From Eledone cirrhosa (taxonomy: Eukaryota), in NCBI GenBank assembly GCA_964016885.1, contig OZ024740.1, positions 137,578,001-137,642,000 of the forward strand: DNA of 64,000 nucleotides, in the 5' to 3' direction. This document shows positions 54,460-64,000 of the stretch, piece after piece (within the stretch, counting starts at the first letter, position 1; each line of letters starts with the position of its first letter). The notes under the pieces are model-generated. The model searched no databases and had not been told where the DNA came from. It saw nothing but the letters and a program-made list of their open reading frames with translations. The translations under genes and the position numbers were made by a program.

Positions 54460-57400
54460 AATCCTCTCTTTCTGTTCTCAGTTTACCCCCAATCTCCAAT
54501 TCTCTCTTTCTCTCATCACTTTTCTCTCAATCTCCAATTCTCTCTTTCTCTTATCACTTTTCCCCCCAATCTCCAATTCTCTCTTTCTCTTATCACTTTA
54601 CTCTCACTCTCCAATTCGCTCTTTCTCTTATGACTTTTCCCCCAATCTCCAATTCTCTCTTTCTCTTATCCCTTTTCTCTCAATCTCCAATTCTCTCTTT
54701 CTTTTCTCACTTTTCCCCCAATCTCCAATTCTCTATTTCTCTACACACAAATCCCCTAATCTCCAATTCTCTCTTTCACTTATGAAATTTCTCTCAAACT
54801 CCAATTCTCTCTTTCTCTTATCACTTTTCTCTCAATCTCCAATTCTCTCAATCTCTTATCACTTTTCTCTCAATCTCCAATTCCCTCTTTCTCTTATCAC
54901 TTTTCTCTCAATCTCTAATTCTCTCTTTCTCTTATCACTTTTCTCTCAATCTCCAATTCTCTCTTTCTCTTATCACTTTTCCCCCAATCTCCAATTCTCT
55001 CTTTCTCTTAACACTTTTCTCTCAATCTCCAATTCTCTCTTTCTCTTATCACTTTTCCCCCAATCTCCAATTCTCTCTTTCTCTTATCACTTTTCTCTCA
55101 CTCTCCAATTCTCTCTTTTTCTCATGACTTTTCCGCCCATCTCCAATTCTCTCTTTCTCTTATCAATTTTCTCTCAATCTCCAATTCTTTCTTTCTCTAA
55201 TCACTTTTCCCCCAATCTCCAATTCTCTCTTTCTCTTATCACTTTTCTCTCAATCTCCAATTCTCCTTTTCACTTATCACTTTTTTCTCAATCTCCAATT
55301 CTCTCTTTCTCTTATCACTTTTCTCTCAATCTCCAATTCTCTCTTTCTCTTATCACTTTTCCCCCAATCTCCAATTCTCTCTTTCTCTCATCACTTTTCT
55401 CTCAATCTCCAATTCTCTCTTTCTCTTATCACTTTTCCCCCAATCTCCAATTCTCTCTTTCTCTTATCACTTTTCTCTCACTCTCCAATTCTCTCTTTCT
55501 CTTATGACTTTTCCCCCAATCTCCAATTCTCTCTTTCTCTTATCAATTTTCTCTCAATCTCCAATTCTTTCTTTCTCTAATCACTTTTCCCCCAATCTCC
55601 AATTCTCTCTTTCTCTTATCACTTTTCTCTCAATCTCCAATTCTCCTTTTCACTTATCACTTTTTTCTCAATCTCCAATTCTCTCTTTCTCTTATCACTT
55701 TTCTCTCAATCTCCAATTCTCTCTTTCTCTTATCACTTTTCCCCCAATCTCCAATTCTCTCTTTCTCTCATCACTTTTCTCTCAATCTCCAATTCTCTCT
55801 TTCTCTTATCACTTTTCTCTCAATCTCCAATTCTCTCTTTCTCTTATCACTTTTTCCCCAATCTCCAATTCTCTCTTTCTCTTCTCACATTTCCCCCAAT
55901 CTCCAATTCTCTCTTTCTCTCATCACTTTTCTCTCAATCTCCAATTCTCTCTTTCTCTCCTCACTTTTCTCTGAATCTCCAATTCTCTCTTTATCGTCTC
56001 ACTTTTCTCTCAATCTCCAATCCTCTCTTTCTGTTCTCAGTTTACTCGCAATCTCCAATTCTCTCTTTCTCTTATCACTTTTCTATCACTCTCCAATTCT
56101 CTATTTCTCTTATCACGTTTCCGCCAATCCCCAATTCTCTCTTTCTATTATCAATTTTCTCTCAATCTCCAATTCTTTCTTTCTCTAACACTTTTCCCCC
56201 AATCTCCAATTCTCTCTCTTTCTCTTATCACTTTTCTCTCAATCTCCAATTCTCTCTTTCTCTTATCACTTTTCCCCCAATCTCCAATTCTCTCTTTCTC
56301 TCATCACTTTTCTCTCAATCTCCAATTCTCTCTTTCTCTTATCACTTTTCTCTCAAACTCCAATTCTCTCTTTCTCTTATCACTTTTTCCCCAATCTCCA
56401 ATTCTCTCTTTCTCTTCTCACATTTCCCCCAATCTCCAATTCTCTCTTTCTCTCATCACTTTTCTCTCAATCTCCAATTCTCTCTTTCACTCCTCATTTT
56501 TCTCTGAATCTCCAATTCTCTCTTTATCGACTCACTTTTCTCTCAATCTCCAATCCTCTCTTTCTGTTCTCAGTTTACTCCCAATCTCCAATTCTCTCTT
56601 TCTCTTATCACTTTTCTCTCACTCTCCAATTCTCTATTTCTCTTATGACGTTTCCCCCAATCCCCAATTCTCTCTTTCTATTATCAATTTTCTCTCAATC
56701 TCCAATTCTTTCTTTCTCTAATCACTTTTCCCCCAATCTCCAATTCTCTCTCTTTCTCTTATCACTTTTCTCTCAATCTCCAATTCTCTCTTTATCTTCT
56801 CACTTTTCTCTCAATCTCCAATCCTCTCTTTCTGTTCTCAGTTTACCCCCAATCTCCAATTCTCTCTTTCTCTCATCACTTTTCTCTCAATCTCCAATTC
56901 TCTCTTTCTCTTATCACTTTTCCCCCCAATCTCCAATTCTCTCTTTCTCTTATCACTTTACTCTCACTCTCCAATTCGCTCTTTCTCTTATGACTTTTCC
57001 CCCAATCTCCAATTCTCTCTTTCTCTTATCCCTTTTCTCTCAATCTCCAATTCTCTCTTTCTTTTCTCACTTTTCCCCCAATCTCCAATTCTCTATTTCT
57101 CTACACACAAATCCCCTAATCTCCAATTCTCTCTTTCACTTATGAAATTTCTCTCAAACTCCAATTCTCTCTTTCTCTTATCACTTTTCTCTCAATCTCC
57201 AATTCTCTCAATCTCTTATCACTTTTCTCTCAATCTCCAATTCCCTCTTTCTCTTATCACTTTTCTCTCAATCTCTAATTCTCTCTTTCTCTTATCACTT
57301 TTCTCTCAATCTCCAATTCTCTCTTTCTCTTATCACTTTTCCCCCAATCTCCAATTCTCTCTTTCTCTTAACACTTTTCTCTCAATCTCCAATTCTCTCT

Positions 57401-58600
57401 TTCTCTTATCACTTTTCCCCCAATCTCCAATTCTCTCTTTCTCTTATCACTTTTCTCTCACTCTCCAATTCTCTCTTTTTCTCATGACTTTTCCGCCCAT
57501 CTCCAATTCTCTCTTTCTCTTATCAATTTTCTCTCAATCTCCAATTCTTTCTTTCTCTAATCACTTTTCCCCCAATCTCCAATTCTCTCTTTCTCTTATC
57601 ACTTTTCTCTCAATCTCCAATTCTCCTTTTCACTTATCACTTTTTTCTCAATCTCCAATTCTCTCTTTCTTTTATCACTTTTCTCTCAATCTCCAATTCT
57701 CTCTTTCTCTTATCACTTTTCCCCCAATCTCCAATTCTCTCTTTCTCTCATCACTTTTCTCTCAATCTCCAATTCTCTCTTTCTCTTATCACTTTTCCCC
57801 CAATCTCCAATTCTCTCTTTCTCTTATCACTTTTCTCTCACTCTCCAATTCTCTCTTTCTCTTATGACTTTTCCCCCAATCTCCAATTCTCTCTTTCTCT
57901 TATCAATTTTCTCTCAATCTCCAATTCTTTCTTTCTCTAATCACTTTTCCCCCAATCTCCAATTCTCTCTTTCTCTTATCACTTTTCTCTCAATCTCCAA
58001 TTCTCCTTTTCACTTATCACTTTTTTCTCAATCTCCAATTCTCTCTTTCTCTTATCACTTTTCTCTCAATCTCCAATTCTCTCTTTCTCTTATCACTTTT
58101 CCCCCAATCTCCAATTCTCTCTTTCTCTCATCACTTTTCTCTCAATCTCCAATTCTCTCTTTCTCTTATCACTTTTCTCTCAATCTCCAATTCTCTCTTT
58201 CTCTTATCACTTTTTCCCCAATCTCCAATTCTCTCTTTCTCTTCTCACATTTCCCCCAATCTCCAATTCTCTCTTTCTCTCATCACTTTTCTCTCAATCT
58301 CCAATTCTCTCTTTCTCTCCTCACTTTTCTCTGAATCTCCAATTCTCTCTTTATCGTCTCACTTTTCTCTCAATCTCCAATCCTCTCTTTCTGTTCTCAG
58401 TTTACTCGCAATCTCCAATTCTCTCTTTCTCTTATCACTTTTCTATCACTCTCCAATTCTCTATTTCTCTTATCACGTTTCCGCCAATCCCCAATTCTCT
58501 CTTTCTATTATCAATTTTCTCTCAATCTCCAATTCTTTCTTTCTCTAACACTTTTCCCCCAATCTCCAATTCTCTCTCTTTCTCTTATCACTTTTCTCTC
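54460..58600. repeat. 2360-bp offset duplication (62 monomers)
   Basis: Private variants TTAACAC (~55008/57368) and TACTCGCA (~56043/58404) are shared. ORFs 55504/57864. Confidence 0.85.
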
Positions 58601-58849
58601 AATCTCCAATTCTCTCTTTATCTTCTCACTTTTCTCTCAATCTCCAATCCTCTCTTTCTGTTCTCAGTTTACCCCCAATCTCCAATTCTTTCTTTCTCTC
58701 ATCACTTTTCTCCCAATCTCCAATTCTCTCTTTCTCTTATCACATTTCCCCCAATCTCCAATTCTCTCTTTCTCTTATCACTTTTCTCTCACTCTCCAAT
58801 TCTCTCTTTCTTTTATCACTTTTCCCCCAATCTCCAATTCTCTCTTTCT

Positions 58850-61800
58850 CTTATCAATTTTCTCTCAATCTCCACTTCTTTCTTTCTCTAATCACTTTTC
58901 TCTCAATCTCCAATTCTCTCTTTCTCTTATCACTTTTCCCCCAATCTCCAATTCTCTCTTTCTCTCATCACTTTTCTCTCAATCACCAATTCTCTCTTTC
59001 TCTTATCACTTTTCTCTCAAACTCCAATTCTCTCTTTCTCTTATCACTTTTTCCCCAATCTCCAATTCTCTCTTTCTCTTTTCACATTTCCCCCAATCTC
59101 CAATTCTCTCTTTCTCTCATCACTTTTCTCTCAATCTCCAATTCTCTCTTTCACTCCTCACTTTTCTCTGAATCTCCAATTCTCTCTTTATCGTCTCACT
59201 TTTCTCTCAATCTCCAATCCTCTCTTTCTGTTCTCAGTTTACTCCCAATCTCCAATTCTCTCTTTCTCTTATCACTTTTCTCTCACTCTCCAATTCTCTA
59301 TTTCTCTTATGACGTTTCCCCCAATCCCCAATTCTCTCTTTCTATTATCAATTTTCTCTCAATCTCCAATTCTTTCTTTCTCTAATCACTTTTCCCCCAA
59401 TCTCCAATTCTCTCTCTTTCTCTTATCACTTTTCTCTCAATCTCCAATACTCTCTTTATCTTCTCACTTTTCTCTCAATCTCCAATCCTCTCTTTCTGTT
59501 CTCAGTTTACCCCCAATCTCCAATTCTCTCTTTCTCTCATCACTTTTCTCTCAATCTCTAATTCTCTCTTTCTCTTATCACTTTTCCCCCCAATCTCCAA
59601 TTCTCTCTTTCTCTTATCACTTTACTCTCACTCTCCAATTCGCTCTTTCTCTTATGACTTTTCCCCCAATCTCCAATTCTCTCTTTCTCTTATCCCTTTT
59701 CTCTCAATCTCCAATTCTCTCTTTCTTTTCTCACTTTTCCCCCAATCTCCAATTCTCTATTTCTCTACACACAAATCCCCTAATCTCCAATTCTCTCTTT
59801 CACTTATGAAATTTCTCTCAAACTCCAATTCTCTCTTTCTCTTATCACTTTTCTCTCAATCTCCAATTCTCTCAATCTCTTATCACTTTTCTCTCAATCT
59901 CCAATTCCCTCTTTCTCTTATCACTTTTCTCTCAATCTCTAATTCTCTCTTTCTCTTATCACTTTTCTCTCAATCTCCAATTCTCTCTTTCTCTTATCAC
60001 TTTTCCCCCAATCTCCAATTCTCTCTTTCTCTTATCACTTTTCTCTCAATCTCCAATTCTCTCTTTCTCTTATCACTTTTCCCCCAATCTCCAATTCTCT
60101 CTTTCTCTTATCACTTTTCTCTCACTCTCCAATTCTCTCTTTTTCTCATGACTTTTCCGCCCATCTCCAATTCTCTCTTTCTCTTATCACTTTTCCCCCA
60201 ATCTCCAATTCTCTCTTTCTCTCATCACTTTTCTCTCAATCTCCAATTCTCTCTTTCTCTTATCACTTTTCTCTCAATCTCCAATTCTCTCTTTCTCTTA
60301 TCACTTTTCCCCCAATCTCCAATTCTCTCTTTCTCTTATCACTTTTCTCTCACTCTCCAATTCTCTCTTTCTCTTATGACTTTTCCCCCAATCTCCAATT
60401 CTCTCTTTCTCTTATCAATTTTCTCTCAATCTCCAATTCTTTCTTTCTCTAATCACTTTTCCCCCAATCTCCAATTCTCTCTTTCTCTTATCACTTTTCT
60501 CTCAATCTCCAATTCTCCTTTTCACTTATCACTTTTTTCTCAATCTCCAATTCTCTCTTTCTCTTATCACTTTTCTCTCAATCTCCAATTCTCTCTTTCT
60601 CTTATCACTTTTCCCCCAATCTCCAATTCTCTCTTTCTCTCATCACTTTTCTCTCAATCTCCAATTCTCTCTTTCTCTTATCACTTTTCTCTCAATCTCC
60701 AATTCTCTTTTTCTCTTATCACTTTTTCCCCAATCTCCAATTCTCTCTTTCTCTTCTCACATTTCCCCCAATCTCCAATTCTCCCTTTCTCTCATCACTT
60801 TTCTCTCAATCTCCAATTCTCTCTTTCTCTTATCAATTTTCTCTCAATCTCCACTTCTTTCTTTCTCTAATCACTTTTCTCTCAATCTCCAATTCTCTCT
60901 TTCTCTTATCACTTTTCCCCCAATCTCCAACTCTCTCTTTCTCTCATCACTTTTCTCTCAATCACCAATTCTCTCTTTCTCTTATCACTTTTCTCTCAAA
61001 CTCCAATTCTCTCTTTCTCTTATCACTTTTTCCCCAATCTCCAATTCTCTCTTTCTCTTCTCATATTTCCCCCAATCTCCAATTCTCTCTTTCTCTCATC
61101 ACTTTTCTCTCAATCTCCAATTCTCTCTTTCACTCCTCACTTTTCTCTGAATCTCCAATTCTCTCTTTATCGTCTCACTTTTCTCTCAATCTCCAATCCT
61201 CTCTTTCTGTTCTCAGTTTACTCCCAATCTCCAATTCTCTCTTTCTCTTATCACTTTTCTCTCACTCTCCAATTCTCTATTTCTCTTATGACGTTTCCCC
61301 CAATCCCCAATTCTCTCTTTCTATTATCAATTTTCTCTCAATCTCCAATTCTTTCTTTCTCTAATCACTTTTCCCCCAATCTCCAATTCTCTCTCTTTCT
61401 CTTATCACTTTTCTCTCAATCTCCAATACTCTCTTTATCTTCTCACTTTTCTCTCAATCTCCAATCCTCTCTTTCTGTTCTCAGTTTACCCCCAATCTCC
61501 AATTCTCTCTTTCTCTCATCACTTTTCTCTCAATCTCCAATTCTCTCTTTCTCTTATCACTTTTCCCCCCAATCTCCAATTCTCTCTTTCTCTTATCACT
61601 TTACTCTCACTCTCCAATTCGCTCTTTCTCTTATGACTTTTCCCCCAATCTCCAATTCTCTCTTTCTCTTATCCCTTTTCTCTCAATCTCCAATTCTCTC
61701 TTTCTTTTCTCACTTTTCCCCCAATCTCCAATTCTCTATTTCTCTACACACAAATCCCCTAATCTCCAATTCTCTCTTTCACTTATGAAATTTCTCTCAA

Positions 61801-62150
61801 ACTCCAATTCTCTCTTTCTCTTATCACTTTTCTCTCAATCTCCAATTCTCTCAATCTCTTATCACTTTTCTCTCAATCTCCAATTCCCTCTTTCTCTTAT
61901 CACTTTTCTCTCAATCTCTAATTCTCTCTTTCTCTTATCACTTTTCTCTCAATCTCCAATTCTCTCTTTCTCTTATCACTTTTCCCCCAATCTCCAATTC
62001 TCTCTTTCTCTTATCACTTTTCTCTCAATCTCCAATTCTCTCTTTCTCTTATAACTTTTCCCCCAATCTCCAATTCTCTCTTTCTCTTATCACTTTTCTC
62101 TCACTCTCCAATTCTCTCTTTTTCTTATGACTTTTCCGCCCATCTCCAAT
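58850..62150. repeat. 1979-bp offset duplication (52 monomers)
   Basis: Private variants ATCACCAAT (58982/60961) and CCAATACTC (~59444/61423) are shared. ORFs 59309/61288 and 59806/61785. Confidence 0.85.
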
Positions 62151-64000
62151 TCTCTCTTTCTCTTATCAATTTTCTCTCAATCTCCAATTCTTTCTTTCTC
62201 TAATCACTTTTCCCCCAATCTCCAATTCTCTCTTTCTCTTATCACTTTTCTCTCAATCTCCAATTCTCCTTTTCACTTATCACTTTTTTCTCAATCTCCA
62301 ATTCTCTCTTTCTCTTATCACTTTTCTCTCAATCTCCAATTCTCTCTTTCTCTTATCACTTTTCCCCCAATCTCCAATTCTCTCTTTCTCTCATCACTTT
62401 TCTCTCAATCTCCAATTCTCTCTTTCTCTTATCACTTTTCTCTCAATCTCCAATTCTCTCTTTCTCTTATGACTTTTCCCCCAATCTCCAATTCTCTCTT
62501 TCTCTTATCAATTTTCTCTCAATCTCCAATTCTTTCTTTCTCTAATCACTTTTCCCCCAATCTCCAATTCTCTCTTTCTCTTATCACTTTTCTCTCAATC
62601 TCCAATTCTCCTTTTCACTTATCACTTTTTTCTCAATCTCCAATTCTCTCTTTCTCTTATCACTTTTCTCTCAATCTCCAATTCTCTCTTTCTCTTATCA
62701 CTTTTCCCCCAATCTCCAATTCTCTCTTTCTCTCATCACTTTTCTCTCAATCTCCAATTCTCTCTTTCTCTTATCACTTTTCTCTCAATCTCCAATTCTC
62801 TCTTTCTCTTATCACTTTTTCCCCAATCTCCAATTCTCTCTTTCTCTTCTCACATTTCCCCCAATCTGCAATTCTCTCTTTCTCTCATCACTTTTCTCTC
62901 AATCTCCAATTCTCTCTTTCTCTCCTCACTTTTCTCTAAATCTCCAATTCTCTCTTTATCGTCTCACTTTTCTCTCAATCTCCAATCCTCTCTTTCTGTT
63001 CTCAGTTTACTCCCAATCTCCAATTCTCTCTTTCTCTTATCACTTTTCTCTCACTCTCCAATTCTCTATTTCTCTTATCACGTTTCCCCCAATCCCCAAT
63101 TCTCTCTTTCTATTATCAATTTTCTCTCAATCTCCAATTCTTTCTTTCTCTAACACTTTTCCCCCAATCTCCAATTCTCTCTCTTTCTCTTATCACTTTT
63201 CTCTCAATCTCCAATTCTCTCTTTATCTTCTCACTTTTCTCTCAATCTCCAATCCTCTCTTTCTGTTCTCAGTTTACCCCCAATCTCCAATTCTCTCTTT
63301 CTCTCATCACTTTTCTCTCAATCTCCAATTCTCTCTTTCTCTTATCACTTTACTCTCACTCTCCAATTCGCTCTTTCTCTTATGACTTTTCCCCCAATCT
63401 CCAATTCTCTCTTTCTCTTATCCCTTTTCTCTCAATCTCCAATTCTCTCTTTCTTTTCTCGCTTTTCCCCCAACCTCCAATTCTCTCTTTCTCTCATCAC
63501 TTTTCTCTCAATCTCCAATTCTCTCTTTCTCTTATCACTTTACTCTCACTCTCCAATTCGCTCTTTCTCTTATGACTTTTCCCCCAATCTCCAATTCTCT
63601 CTTTCTCTTATCCCTTTTCTCTCAATCTCCAATTCTCTCTTTCTTTTCTCACTTTTCCCCCAATCTCCAATTCTCTATTTCTCTACACACAAATCCCCTA
63701 ATCTCCAATTCTCTCTTTCACTTATGAATTTTCTCTCAAACTCCAATTCTCTCTTTCTCTTTTCACTTTTCTCTCAATCTCCAATTCTCTTAATCTCTTA
63801 TCACTTTTCTCTCAATCTCCAATTCCCTCTTTCTCTTATCACTTTTCTCTCACTCTCCAATTGTCTCTTTTTCTTATGACTTTTCCCCCAATCTCCAATT
63901 CTCTCTTTCTCTTATCAATTTTCTCTCAATCTCCAATTCTTTCTTTCTCTAATCACTTTTCCCCCAATCTCCAATTCTCTCTTTCTCTTATCACTTTTCT

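Larger units (their letters stand above)
1..64000. repeat. 38-bp tandem satellite array, ~1,680 head-to-tail monomers, extending beyond both window edges
   Basis: CAATCTCCAATTCTCTCTTTCTCTTATCACTTTTCTCT (38 nt: 19 T, 13 C, 6 A, 0 G) or its TTTTCCCC variant recurs from first to last base in one orientation. Translations repeat every 38 aa (3 x 38 bp). Most monomers differ from consensus by a few substitutions, with occasional 36-40 bp length variants. Confidence 0.99.

Noticed and set aside
1493-63879. Dozens of S/L/F-rich + strand ORFs as genes
   Set aside because: They are translations of the satellite. They overlap in different frames with the same peptide, start at sporadic TTATGAC/TTG variants, and are broken by frequent 1-2 bp indels and TAA/TGA variants.
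1-64000. CRISPR array (unit of 38 bp with a constant part and a more variable part)
   Set aside because: No unique spacers, monomers directly abut, and there is no leader or cas gene.
1-64000. Telomerase-synthesised telomeric repeat
   Set aside because: No TTAGGG/TTAGG-like unit. Multi-kb patterns of inherited variants indicate recombinational copying, not re-templating from one RNA.
1-64000. G-quadruplex array on the - strand
   Set aside because: G5 tracts are at least ~33 nt apart and present in only a minority of monomers, which does not fit the canonical short-loop pattern.
1-64000. Nucleosome-length (4-5 monomer, 152-190 bp) higher-order period
   Set aside because: Only an arithmetic coincidence; I saw no regular 4- or 5-monomer variant periodicity.
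1-64000. Embedded transposon, inversion or unique island
   Set aside because: No purine-rich or non-repeat stretch was seen on the + strand; every deviation aligns within the 38-bp frame.
1-64000. Pure sequencing artefact or synthetic repeat
   Set aside because: Hierarchically shared variants and nested duplications are typical of an evolved array, although individual duplications could still be misassembled.

Overview
The whole 64 kb window is one uninterrupted, single-orientation tandem array (satellite DNA). The monomer is 38 bp, consensus CAATCTCCAATTCTCTCTTTCTCTTATCACTTTTCTCT, with a common ...TTTTCCCC class, and there are about 1,680 copies (64000/38). The + strand is about 84% pyrimidine and the consensus has no G. 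I found no unique sequence, gene, RNA gene, transposon, CRISPR array or inversion. All ORFs in the track are artefacts of a consensus with no stop codon on the + strand: 3 monomers = 114 bp = the repeating 38-aa peptide. Structure exists above and below the monomer. There are 7-8 bp internal subunits, recurring cassettes of variant monomers, an irregular ~3 kb higher-order repeat over the first ~15 kb, and a subfamily switch at ~13.3-15.9 kb. The rest carries nested near-identical duplications with offsets of 2392, 5090, 3536, 6157/6195, 4677/4678, 3272, 2360 and 1979 bp. An array of this size and type is typical of eukaryotic heterochromatin, centromeric/subtelomeric DNA or giant introns, but the organism and location cannot be determined here. 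I do not recognise the family. The sequence does not support a new protein-coding system; the novelty candidate is the satellite itself and its turnover record. All counts and offsets were made by eye or from the ORF track.
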